64,000 bases of DNA from Chlorokybus atmophyticus (taxonomy: Eukaryota; Plantae; Mesostigma and Chlorokybus algae). The stretch's first letter is position 1, and every line of letters starts with the position of its first letter. Where the stretch lies: assembly GCA_009103225.1 (NCBI GenBank), contig RHPI01002533.1, positions 395,911 to 459,910 on the forward strand, given 5' to 3'. Position numbers and translations under genes: made by a program. The notes under the pieces are model-generated. The model saw nothing but the letters and a program-made list of their open reading frames with translations, was not told where the DNA came from and did not search any database. Below are positions 12,514-24,982 of the stretch, one piece after another.

Positions 12514-14831
12514 ATGGCTTGGGACGCTGACGCCCGGCTGACGGCGTTGGAAACCCTCGCCGCCCGCTTTGCTGCGGCCGACGAGGCGTGCCTGGCGCCC
12601 CTTGAAGCTGCCCTTCGAGAGACTGTGGACGCTAGCAGGTTGATTGCTTGTAGTGTCCTGCATTGCACTACCTGCGAGTTGCTCTTTTGAACTTGAGCTC
12701 GCCAAGTAGTAGGAGCTTGTGTAGAATTATTGCTAGTTGAAGATACGTCATGCACAGCGCAATACCATTGCTTGACTATTTGCACCCATGCACCTGCTGC
12801 CTTACGACATATATTCATTTCAAAAACATGATATGCTGTATGCGGCCACCAGCAGGCCGTCGCCTTGGTTTTTGGCTCCCTTGTCTCTGCATGCATGCTG
12901 CATCCAGTTAGATGATAGATTACTTGACGTACAGGCAGCCAGATGTGCGCACCGCACTTGCTGTAGCATCTGCACCAGCGCGCATCACGGAGCTGTTTGA
13001 GCCGCTTGCACGGCACAGCAGGTTGATGCAACTGCCAGTACAAGATCAGTCATCAAGTGGTTATGATCCACAAGCGCCTGGATACCCTTCCAATGAGGAT
13101 GACGACGATGGCTTGGCGCAATTCGTTGATAATAGAAGGTGAAGAGCGCAACATTGTATATGAACTGCAACCTTAGGCTGTATTGAAGATATTTCCTGAG
13201 TGAGAGGTACTTGCGGGTTCTGAGTTTACGTTTTTGTTGCTTGGGTATCCCAATGACAGGAAGGTTTGCGTTGCTCTCCTTTCAGTCGCAGGCTGGCTGC
13301 TGGCAAAGCCCCCATAACCTTGCGCGAGTCTGCCTTGAGACCGTTGGTCTTGCTTCTACGCCTCCTTCGCAATACGTGTGCGGGTGTTGAAGTAGCCACT
13401 GAGAAGGTTTATGCAGAACTCTCTGCGCTGGTTGAGCAGCTTGCAGTTGCGTACCGAACCGGCCACAAGGGTACTGATGTTGTCAATGCACTTCGGGCTG
13501 CAACTCAAGCAATCAGCAACCTTGCCGCAAGTTCTACGGTCAATGCGGTACGACCACTTTGCAATCCAAAACCCATACTTGTGGACACCAGCATAATGAG
13601 CGTCCACACAGGTGCTGTTATGGGTGGAGGCCAGCACATCCGCCCTTACGTCTCTGGCAGCGCTGCCGATCAGTCTGGGTCTGCATGACCCCCTTTTCAC
13701 TGCCCTGTGGAACTGCTGCCGAGATGATCCAACCAGACGACTGCAACTAGGCAGGTACCTCTTGTTGATACTGCCATGTCCCTCTTGGTTATTACAACAG
13801 GAGCATACCAATGTGTCAGTGTCAAGCAAGTGTGCACAGCAAGTTTGCAACTTGTGCCTGAACCGCGTGCCTGGTGCAGGAATGCAGAGCTAGCGCAGGC
13901 ATTGTGGAGCATCCCGTCCAATGCTTTGACAGACGGCAATGAAAATAGTGATCAGGAGGGAGTGTCAGCGGCATTGGCAGTCGTGCGGGACTGGCTGGCC
14001 GCATTGGCAAAGCTTCTGTGCGTGTCCGATTGTCTATTGCCAACGTTGTGGGTCACCCTTGGTCAGTCGCAGTCCGGCTTTTCCTCTCAACAAACCTTGC
14101 TGCTAGAGGTCAGCTCATGTTGCTAACAGTGATGGACCTGTTCTGATATCGCAGGAACTTGATTTCACCTCTTTTGCATGCAGGAGCTGGCGACTGTTGT
14201 GCAAGCTCTACAAGACGATGCTGAGTCTCTTACACCCGAGACGAAAGCATTCCTTCTGGCAGTCACAGAAGCGGCCGCTGCAGCGGTTGCAAAGCAGGAG
14301 CAGAATGCGCTGGCAGTCCTTCAAGCCAGTTTGCAGCTGCTGAGAACAGTCAGCATGACGCGTGACGATCCTGGCTGCCGGATTGCAGTGGTTCTGCTGT
14401 TGCTGCAGTTGTTGCGGTCTCTTCCTCCACCAGCGCGCGCCCAACCTGCTGATGCGCCACCGTCAACATCACTGCCCACCAAGTACCCCACATCCAACTT
14501 GTACCCGGGTTACAGACGTGACATTGTGGCTGTGCTGGGTAATGCGTGCTTCGGTCAACCTGCGGCGCAGCAGGCCGTGCGTGATGCGGATGGGCTGATG
14601 CTTATCCTGCAGCATTGCGTCGTTGACGATGAGAATCCGTATCTCAGAGAGTGGGGTCTGTGGGCGGTTCGGAACCTCTGCGAGGATCCGGAGAACCGCC
14701 GGCAGATAGCTGAATTGGAGGTGCAGGGTCCTGTCCAGAGCAGCGAGTTGCAGAAAGCTCAATTGGAGATCGTGATTGACGAGGTAACCAAAAGACCACG
14801 TCTTAAGAACACATCAACAGCTCCAGATTGA
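12514..14831 (+). CDS. ATXN10: Ataxin-10 homolog (ARM-like)
   Basis: Last exon YPGYRRDIVAVLGNAC...QHCVVDDENPYLREWGLWAVRNLCE is the ataxin-10 C-terminal domain; upstream helical exons from ATG 12514. Confidence 0.88.
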
Positions 14832-15185
14832 GCTGTTGTTGCATGGCGTTGGTTTAGTCATGTGCAGTGTCATCAAAGGCGATTGTTTTTGCTGTCTGTT
14901 TCGTTGTGCGCGCATGTTATGACTGTCCAAGTTGCTGCCACTAACGTGATGCGGAACTTCAGTTAACTTGCTCATCTATGGTATTGCTTATCTGTAGTAT
15001 GTCAGCATTGACTTAAAAGTCCGTACTCAGTTGACATGTGAAGGGCATATGACAAGGTTAACAGCTCTAATCTACACAAGGTTACCGCGAAATATGAACC
15101 AAGCTTTACACGCGTGATTGGGCTATGAGTTGGGCGATGTCGCGTAGGTCATTTGCATTTGTTACTTTGTAATAGCATGTTTGTG

Positions 15186-15209
15186 GGGGGTGGGGTGGGG
15201 GCGGGGAGT
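15186..15209 (+). other. Potential G-quadruplex
   Basis: GGGGGG T GGGG T GGGGG C GGGG: four G-tracts with 1-nt loops. Confidence 0.5.
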
Positions 15210-15832
15210 ACAACAAACATGTGAGAGTGCTGTTTTTATGTACTCAATCAAGCCTTAGGTGTTATGTTATATGTTCATTTCTTTTTTCAATATACATAAA
15301 TTTGGTTGGACTCTTGTTCTTACGGCCACCATGTTGGTGCATGCACATGAGCCATGCTCATTACCAAAACTGAGGCCCCCGGTGTTTTACAAGCACCCAA
15401 TGGGCCGTCCCACCATTGCTTGTTTAAAATGTAAAACTTGGGATGAAGCATCCTCACAAGCCAAAAAAAAATATCATCACTATAAAAAACACCGGATTGC
15501 GCGACATGACGCCACGACGGACCGTCGTCGAGTGGTCCCTCCGTCCAATCTCGCGCGAGCAAAGGATCCGCGGTCGCCCGCAGCCACAAACAACCAGCGG
15601 AAGGCGGCGGCATCAGGACGAGACTGGGCCTACCACTGTAACACCAGGCCGGACCACGGCGCGGTCGGACCAGGCCAAACTAAGGTCTCCGTATCGGCAT
15701 GCTGAAGGATCAACGCGGCGGCGGTGTGCCTATCTTGCCATCCTTGGTGGTGTCGCTGCCAGCAGGCATTTCGCTGAGCTGAGCTGAGCTGAATTGCTGA
15801 GGGGCAGGCGAGCTGCAGGAGGCATTGGCAGT

Positions 15833-17521
15833 ATGGTGGCGGCGGCGGCGGCGGCAGTGGTGGCTCATGCATGCACAGCGTGCAGCAGCGCGCGCTCGCC
15901 TCTGCACGCCGGCCGCAGCAGAGCCTCGCCAGCAAGCAGGCAGCAGACTAGGAGACGACCGCAGGTCAGGAAGCTGACATGCATTGCTCGCCGCCCAGCT
16001 TGCAATGCCGTACTGCCAGCTGGTCTTGCGGCTTGAGCTGATCATATGGGAGATGTAGACATACGTGCATGCGAAGCTTAACACATACACATACGCAGTT
16101 TAAGCCGCGAACATTTCTTTGGGGCAGGCTGTGCGCAGAGAAAGGGTGGTCGTGAGGTGCAGCGCGGACGGGGGGGAGGAGGCCCCGGTGAAGAAGACGG
16201 GTGCGCAGCTGCGTGAGGAGTACTTCCTGGCTGCGGGGACCGGCGGCGAGCGAGGGTAAGTGACACACGCACGTGTACACTCACAAACCCACGCGTGCAT
16301 GCACCCTGCATGTGTGCCTCGCAGTGCCATACGAGGAGTGCATGCCCGCTGCTGCGTGTGGTTTGCGCATGTGTTTGTGGTTTTCTCCTGCATGTTTGTA
16401 ACCGAGGTGTTACTATATGGTGTTAGCACCGCTTTACAATAGTCTTCGTTCACATCAATGTTCGTTGCAGCGAGCAGTCATGCCTTTCAGCAAGCTGATT
16501 GCAAACAGCAGGGCCTGCAGGGATTTCTGCACCAGCGCTGACGGCACATTTCATCACTTGATTGTGCACTGAGTGAGCAACTGCTTGATGTACATTATTA
16601 AGGCGGCGCAGCAGTGTTGGCGTTGTCATCAACGTGACACAGACAAAGTCGTACGCAGGTTGCCAAAGGGTGCGTTTCTCAATGATGACGTCGAAGATGG
16701 GGAGATGGTTGAGATTGAGTGGCTGCCATACGGTGAAGTTGTGCATGCACCGGTATGTGAGCTGCATCTTGGGACACCATGGGAATTGTACAAAGCTCAT
16801 CGACTTGCTTTTGTGTCACACCATATCTGTAATGTCAAGTCAGTAGCACCTGAATGTCAATCAGCTTGGCTTGCACATGGCTGCATGCGTGCCTTTGGAA
16901 CACAAGAACCCAACATGTCGTGATATTCTCGACAACTAATGATCAGTTGCTCACCATTAAGTTGCTCAACACACACATGCAGGTGGGTTCAAACTTGCTG
17001 CGCGCGGGCGTAAACGCGGATGCCTTCCGCATCGACAACCGATTCTGCTTGACAGGGCAGTGCGACGTGTGCTGTGTCGAGATAGACGGCGCCGCGGCCG
17101 TCAGATCGTGCATGCTGCCGGTGCCAGCGTGAGTGTGTAACAGAGTGTGTGCGCGGGTGTGGTGTGCGAGCAAGTGTGAGCGTCCATGTGTGCGTATGCG
17201 CGTGTGTATATCTGTGCACGCATGCATGCACGTGTTAATGAGTGTAAAGCTACACACGAGGGGCCTAACAGGATCCGAGATGTTACTTACTCATGTGTGG
17301 TGTGGTCGACAGGGGCAAGAAAACCATTGAGTGCATGGTTATCGACAGTGACGAGGCCTGGTAAGCTTGTTCTGCAATAAGTGTACCGTTGTGAGTGCGA
17401 TCATGTCATGCATAGTGCCAGTGTCACAGCAGGCCTTGCCATAGTTTTAGCAGGCTGGGCATATATCCCATGCATGTTACACATCAGCAATGTTGGCTTC
17501 AGGGAGCAAATGATGGTGTAA
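15833..17521 (+). CDS. Plastid-targeted 2Fe-2S ferredoxin-like protein
   Basis: Ala/Ser/Arg-rich transit-like exon from ATG 15833; VEIEWLPYGEVVHAP|VGSNLLRAG...CLTGQCDVCCVEIDGAAAVRSC (C-x4-C-x2-C-x12-C); last exons GKKTIECMVIDSDEAW|EQMMV*. One internal junction (16258-16650) is not resolved. Confidence 0.75.
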
Positions 17522-18149
17522 GGCGTCAACCGAAAACCTGGGGCAACAGCCCTTGTCTCTCATCAACCTCGCACAAAGACTGGAAGGTCGATCACTTGGT
17601 GTCAACCTGCGCACATATGCCACGAGAAAGCGACATAAGCGAGCGCCACGTATGACATTCACTCCCGTTGCTGTTCAACATAACATGTAGTATGTCCACG
17701 CTTGTGCGCTCAGATGGTTTGATACTGCAATTATTACAGCAACTAACATTCTTTGCTGATAGCTGCGATTGTGGATTGCTGCTATTTATACTGCATCTAG
17801 GTAGAGAGCTTTGCTGTTGCCCCAATTGGCTGGTGCAAGTTACGGTTTCGAGTGCATGTGTGTATGCCGTCCCCACCCATGCATAGGGTATAAGCATACC
17901 CTGCGTAGTATGGTATAGATGCGCGTTTTTTGCACTGGCAACGGTTGCCAGTTGTTGAATTGCACTCCACAACTACCTACGTATGCGGCGGCATCACATC
18001 ACACATAAGCACATAAGCACAAGCATATGATGCCATTTGTGATGCCGTTCATGTATTCACACGTGTACAACAAATAAAAAGAATGAAGTGCAATATATCG
18101 CAAATGATGCACAGTTATTAATACTCATCATTATGACTTTGGTGTCCGT

Positions 18150-18440
18150 CAACGCTCGCCTGCATATATGTATGGTAGCATAAAGGAAGGGGCCAAAGCA
18201 AGGACACGCACACTTGCATTAACCATAGCCACAATCAACAAGTATAACCAGCACATGCAACCAACACTAAGCTACGGGGGCTGGGGCCTACATGCAAAAT
18301 GCAGCAGGCAGGTTGCAACAGGTGGTGAGCAAGGGCATGGGCTGGTCGCACTACCTGCAAAGGGAGATGGAGAGGGAGACGCAGAGGGAGAGGTTACATA
18401 TACGCCAGTATCGCAAGACCCACGACCATGATGACTTGCA
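18150..18440 (-). repeat. Dispersed repeat copy A (homologous to 57975-58320)
   Basis: gcactacctgcaaagg..ggagagggagacgcagagggagaggtta (18348-18397) matches 58201-58255; gctacgggggctgg matches gctaagggggctgg at similar spacing. Confidence 0.7.
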
Positions 18441-19296
18441 CAACATGTACCATGTGAGTTATGAATGCTGCATAAGAGTGCAAGCACCAAGGCTGCAGTC
18501 AGGCACTTCAGCAAGAGTGCAAGCACGCCGTGCAATACTCGAGCTTGTTTAATTTTACACAAAAGCTGGGTATTTGATTCAGACAGTCTGTGCCTCCTGC
18601 GTGCATATCGAGGCCCATCACAAGTTCCATTAATACTATAGGAAGTCGGTGAATTGGATGTGATAATGCCGAGCGGCATGAATCACCACGTAACATCAAC
18701 TTCGTTAAAAAAGTGTAATTTGGGTGCGTAACAATTTAGCTATTACATCAATGGTGATTCTTATAGGTGCTCTTGATGCGTTCAATGGGTTGACATGCAT
18801 TGCAAACAATTTAATCCTCATTCACATAGAAAGGCGACGTTGACAGATTAATATTGACATTCTCACATTGACAAGTGCGATGCACAAGTTGGTCATGCCG
18901 TTGGTGATTGCTGCTTCTTGTTTCACGACACTTGCATAGCACAGACACGTGGTGTGCTGTATATGAGGTGAAGGCCTCGAGAGTGATAATTGTTTTTGCT
19001 TATGCTTGCTTATTCTTGTATGCTATGTGTTTGCACACTGAGCATGTGTGTATGACTTGGAATGAGTATGATGTATATACCCTGTGCAGTCAGTAATTAG
19101 CTACCAAGTTGGTAACTCGATTGGAAATTGGTGTGCCAATTCAATGGCCTGTGCCAGACTCCTGCGGATTGACCGTCGACTGTCGACCAGCGGACGCCTG
19201 TTCAGCAACGACCGCGGTCTTGTCGACGTGGCGCCCGTCTATCGCCCTTCGCCCACAGCACGCATGCGACAGTGCACACAGTGTGCATGTGGGTGA

Positions 19297-22147
19297 ATGC
19301 CAGCTGGGGCGGTCATGGGTGTCGGCGGCGTGGTGGCGGTGCTAGGGTCCACCTTGCCGCTCACCCGCCCACATACATCTTCCGCTTCTCCCGCCTCATC
19401 AATACGCTCAGACCATTCTGAGGATGGAATCATCATCAGCAGCAGCAGGCGGCGCTTGCTCAGGCACAGCAGACGCCGGCCTGCAGTGGTGTCTGCTGCT
19501 CAGAACTCGGGTGAGACCGCAGACGCAGGCGCCAAGAAGAAGGTGCTTATCCTGGGAGGCAGCGGCAGGGTTGGCCGCTCCACTGTGAAGGCCCTGTTGG
19601 ACGCGCCTGGCATTGCCGTCGCCATTGGCGGCAGAAGCAGGTATGCAGGCTCCTGTACTTCTCGCAGTCTCTCTTTCAATCACATCACATGGTTGTCTTC
19701 ACATAAGTATTCGTTGAGTGTTGAGTGTTGAGTATTGCGAGGCATACACAGCATGCAGGGCAACAGTACGCATGTACAGTGTTAGTGTTACTGTTGCGGT
19801 GCATGGTTTCCGGGAGGAGCATGCAACAGTATTGACTTACGCTGTGTGCGTAGAGAGCGTGCCAATACGGCGCTGGCGGGCATCCTGGAGCACCCGGAGT
19901 TCAGGCAGTGCGACATCAATGACGTTGAGTCAGTTGTGGAAGCTCTGAAAGGTACGCATTGCTATCACTGCTTGAGTGGGTGAGAAAGGTTAGCGAACTT
20001 GCCGTACAGTGATCCCTGATGCTGGATCAATTGGACATTGACACTGGTCATATATTCTGAGTATTATACTTCATGTTGTAGTTGGTGGGTATAACAGTCA
20101 GGATTTACATGCGGTTCGCCATGTGCTGTAGTCCGAGTTTAGTATCTCGAGCACACACTGCACACACCACCTACTGGGGTGTAACTGGCCGAAGTGCTCG
20201 AGACTAGTTCTATCGCCAATGTTCAGTATGCGTTGGAGACTCCAACTTGGAGTGCTACCAAACACTGCTTGTTCTCTATTAGCCTGCAATCACATCGTCA
20301 TGTTCACAATATTGGGCTGAGCTGGGTCCCTGCGCACCACATTATGCTGTTGCCACGCAATATGCGTTGTACGTATCCATTGCAGGCGTGGATTGCGTTG
20401 TACACACTGCTGGACCTTTTCAAAGGAGAGACCAATGCACGGTGCTTGAAGCCGCTATTGCTTCTAAGGTGACCTCAAGTCAGTTCTTGTATCGAGCAAA
20501 CGTCAGCCATTAACAGTCATCAATACTTGCAATCCTTGCTCCGACAACAAGTCATGCAACACGTTGTTTCAGACTCCATATGTGGACGTGTGTGACGACA
20601 CCAAGTACTCGCAACGAGCAAAGGGTTATCACGAGCAGGCAAAGGCTGCAGGCGTTCCCGCCATCACAACAGGCGGGATATACCCCGGCACAAGCAATGG
20701 TATGTCACTCGCAGTGTTCTAAAAACTTTTAGGCAACAAGGATGAGCTGATAAGCATTGCACGCCCCCGCAGTCATGGCGGCGGAGATGGTGGACATTGG
20801 CAGGCGGTCGGGGGCGGAACCGGTGTCGCTCAAGTACAGCTATTACACCGCGGGGTCGGGTGGGGCGGGACCGACGCTGCTGGCAACAACTTTCTTGCTG
20901 TGCGGAGAACAGGTCATCACCTATGAGAATGGTTAGTGTCTGTGCTGTGCTGTGCTGTGCAGTCTGTCCACGTCCGGCACGGTGTCAGGGTCAATGCACA
21001 AGGAGGATGTTTGACATGACACACGGTCTTTGCTCCATGTGGTAGTTTTTCAAGCATTGTGTCGCCTACTTTGAATTTTCAGCAGATGTGGATGAGGGCG
21101 GCACACAACCTTGCTATTGCTTTTCTGTTCTCCAGCTACAACACACATGTTCTAGTAGTTAGTGGTGTAAGTTCCTCCCACGTACACACCTGTGGTTGCG
21201 TGCTTAGGCTGCATATTAAACTTTGGCAGTTGCCTACAAGATTGAAGTGACCGATCATGCATGCATTCATGGGTTGCGACCCGTTCACGAGTTGGACGGC
21301 CCAGGGAATTGTGAGTGCACTGATTCAGCTTCACGTGGAGTGTGTGTGCGCTGATACATGTACGTATATGTGTCCCGCAGGTGAGGTAGTCTGGAGGAAG
21401 CCCACAAGCGACGAGCGCATTGTGGACTTTGGCGCGGGCTTGGGAATGAAGTCCGTGTACCTGTACAACCTGCCCGAGGTGCAGTCTTCGTTCCAGTCGC
21501 TGAATGTCCCCACCGTGAGCGCCCGGTTCGGCACCGACCCGCCCTTCTGGAACTGGGTCATGAGCGGCCTCGCCACCTTCGCACCGAAAGACTTCCTGGA
21601 GGACAGAGCGCGTATTGAGGCATTTGCCAAGTTCTCAGACCCAATGTGAGTGTCTTTATGCAGGTGTGCTAGTTAACGTGCTGACAGTGCAGTGTCTGAT
21701 CCTGTCGTGTGTGTGTAAATGCAATAGGGTTCGGCTTGTCGACAAAGTCGCCGGCGAGAAGGTTGGCATGCGTGTGGATCTCGAGTTTGACAACAAGAGC
21801 ATAGCGTGCGCGGTGTTCGTGCATGAGCGGCTGTCAGAGTGAGTGAAGTTTGGAACATGGCCGCTTGTGTTCGAGGATTGGACGGTCTGGTTGCTCAGCT
21901 GGTTTGATAGTCATGTGGTGACGTGTTGTGCAGGTGTGTTGGAACATCCATTGCTGCGTTTGCGAGGACTGTTGTGTCCGGGGCAACGCAACCTGGTGTG
22001 TGGTTTCCGGAAGAGTCGGGCGGTGTTCCTGATCGTCGTGCGATGCTGGAGATGGCAGTGCAGGGTTGCAAACGTTTTGTACTGAATAAAGCACCTTGGC
22101 AGATTGAAAGCACTGCTAGTCAAATAGGTTTGGGTCTATATTGGTAA
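19297..22147 (+). CDS. Plastid saccharopine dehydrogenase-like NAD(P)-binding oxidoreductase
   Basis: Transit-like N-terminus; Rossmann motif VLILGGSGRVG; VVHTAGPFQ; YVDVCDD; GGIYPGTSN; YYTAGSGGAGPTLL; SARFGTDP; GVWFPEE; ends GLGLYW*. Confidence 0.9.
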
Positions 22148-22934
22148 CCAGCACTTTGAGATATGCTGCGTACATTCAGTGCAGCAGAAAATCCGCACAG
22201 CCTGTCTATAACTGCTGGCTCACTACGCAGACATTCTCTAAGCACTATGCACTGCCAAAGTGTAACGGCTGAAGCGTGTAGGGGTCCCAATTCTCTCAAA
22301 CTCTCAATTCTTGCATGTGCACTGCTTCACGCTTCTCACTCGTTATGCACAAACGCCTCCATACCATGGGAACCAGACAGTGACAGCCTCACCGCACATG
22401 GCATTGAAAAGCAACAGCACTTGCGCAGCATACAGCCAAGTGGTAGAAAAAGCAGATCTGTAATGTGACCACCACAAGGTGCACTCAATCAGCGAGTTGT
22501 TTCCGGCATTGAACATGGGGAGTGTGAAGTGCCCCTTCATAACGGCCCTGAACAAGCCCACACAACTGTATGACTTTCAAGTTGAGCATACTGGCACCAC
22601 AACAAACCCGCACCTGAACCAGGTGCCAACCACACAAAGCCTTGCAAAAAAGTACTGTAGATTAACAATGTAGCGCACAACGTCCATGCGCACATGGTAC
22701 CCAAGAATCAGCTATCTTCCGCAATCGCAGCAACTGACGCACCATGGGCCAGTGGCTGCCATGCAGTGTGGTGTGTCTGCCCCTTTGGCACACGACTGTT
22801 ATATCTGGCAAAAACCTGGCTGCTGCTTGCAACGCGCACGCCTCTCAACTTGATTCGCTGTGTAGTGCTGGTGCAGTGAGTGTCGCATAGTCTGCACACA
22901 GGCGACTTGCGCGGCCTTTTGGTGCACAACGGCA

Positions 22935-24006
22935 TCAACATATCACACATCTGCATCCTCCGGACACTTCTTCCGCGGATTCCTCTTCCATGGGGTCCCT
23001 GCAGAGATACATGTTGTGAGACATCGACTCCCACAATTCTGACATCCCCACACACAATATGGCGATACTCTGCTCAACATTATGGTTTCTCCTGGCCCTG
23101 CATTCCCCATTGCAGGGCAAGATTGGGTTGCAACAACAAGCAAATGCAAAACAAAGCATGTTTTATGAGTTGCACACAGAAGCTTTGAAGCATGCTCTAT
23201 GTACAAACGGCCCTTAAATTCCTACCCAGACGCTAATCAGAGCATGAAGACACACGCAGCCCATGCGCATCTGCTACTGCACACAACAGTGGTCAACTCA
23301 AGGCGTATCGCACGCAGCGAGCTTGCTAAATTGCTAGCAAGCTCGCGAGAGTTTTACCCATTGTCGACAGCAATGTACCCTGTCCTGCTGCTGCAAAAGA
23401 TGGAAACATTGCAGGCTGATGCGACCGCAGAACCACGCAGTGCCATCAGCCTACTGATGAACTTAACATCCGCATGCAACTACTTCCGTTACCATTTATG
23501 GACCCTCTGCTCACGACTTGCAGTTTCCCGAAGCTCAAGATCAAAATCAAGGCCAAGACATGCTCGACTTGTTTAATGACACAAGCAGATTGCTTATGTC
23601 CACCATGGCTGGCCTAGGGGCAGCGACACACTTGATTCTGCAGAGACGGACGGATTGCAAGAGTCGACACTGCAGCAACAGCAGTCAAAGAGGACCATTC
23701 CAACATCACCACTTACGGTGGTTCAAACTCCCGCACTTGCGCGAGGTCCTTTCCGTGCATGTCCTGCCAGGACACGCTGCGTCGGTTGGGACTCTTGGGG
23801 CTGGCGGGTGCAACGCGGCCGTTAGGCTCTTCTCCATCCTCTGCTGCTGCTACAGCTTGATCCGCGTCCTTGCGCGGCGTACCAGGCTGCCTCTTCTTCT
23901 GGTCCCAGGTCGCGATGGACCTTGGCGATGACGGCTTCTCGCCAATAACTGACACTAACTTGCTGAGATCATGGTTGTGGGTATTGTTGGCCGTCTCCTC
24001 GGCCAT
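22935..24006 (-). CDS. Small (~117 aa) protein with an RVxW-type motif and a C-terminal CaaX-like box
   Basis: Exon 1 24006-23717 (…RRSVSWQDMHGKDLAQVREFEP), GTAAGT donor; phase-2 acceptor at 22998 gives PDPMEEESAEEVSGGCRCVIC*. It resembles a plant family with V.W.D..GK.LA.VREFEP (recalled, not searched). Confidence 0.7.
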
Positions 24007-24333
24007 CTAGGCCCATTTACCTGCGGAGGCGCCCCCAGTGCTCCCCGCCCCCAGTGCGAGAAAAGATCAGACCCCCCACATCAAGCAAGGGTGGACCAAG
24101 AGCACTATACTCGACCTATCTGTCCCCTCCTTCAACCCTTACACCGTCCTTGAACCGCCCAGACCGGTCCACCTCCGCCGCCGCCCTCCCGGCGGCATGT
24201 CTCCAGCAACCCAACCCAGAATCCGTGAACACAGTGATCTTACGTGTAGATCTTCGGTCACTACATGGCCCTCCTCCAGCACGGCCGCCGCCGCCGCCGC
24301 CGCCCACCCGGTCTAAAAGCAGATGCGCTAGGG

Positions 24334-24341
24334 TAGGGTTT
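24334..24341 (+). promoter_or_regulatory. Telo-box-like motif
   Basis: TAGGGTTT just upstream of the 5' end of the minus-strand small gene. Confidence 0.35.
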
Positions 24342-24449
24342 GCCGGACTACAAACGGGATAGTCAAATGGTAACACCGTCGCCGTCATTGGAATTATAAC
24401 ATCAGGCTGACCTCTGAATTCTTGCTGTCCACAACCTCGAACTGACCTC

Positions 24450-24485
24450 AAACGGCTGTTTAACACGGCTGTTAAACAGCCGTTT
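24450..24485. repeat. Perfect 15-bp inverted repeat in a divergent promoter
   Basis: AAACGGCTGTTTAAC-acggct-GTTAAACAGCCGTTT. Confidence 0.9.
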
Positions 24486-24982
24486 GCGGCGAAGGCTCCG
24501 AGAGAACGATTTGCTCCTTTTCACTCCACCAAACCGATATCCTGCTGTGTGAGCTGATTGCAATGGTGAGTTAAGGATATCTGCGTGATGGCATAGGAAG
24601 CCAGCAGCAGCAGTGGTAGTTGGTGGTGGAGACAGCGTGGCGGAGCACCAGCACGAGGAGGAGGAGGTGGAGGTGGCTGGACTGGGCTGGAGGTTTTCAT
24701 GCCATTATGATGTGATGGGCGTCTTGTCGAAGCTTCAAGTTTGAAAGCATCAACGTTGTCTGGGTTCAACGGCACGGCTGCAGCGCTGCCTGTCACTTGA
24801 GCTTTTGTGGCATGCTGGCCGCTTCAGTTTGAGCGGCGTTACGGCATGGAGGCCAGCTGGGTGTCCAGCGACAGTTGTGCATGAACCATTGACTCGGTGT
24901 GAAATGTGGTTCGGCTGCACGTAAGCTTGAACTGTTATTAGCTTACTGCTGCTCCCCGCAGCTGGGGAGCGGTCGTTGAGGC

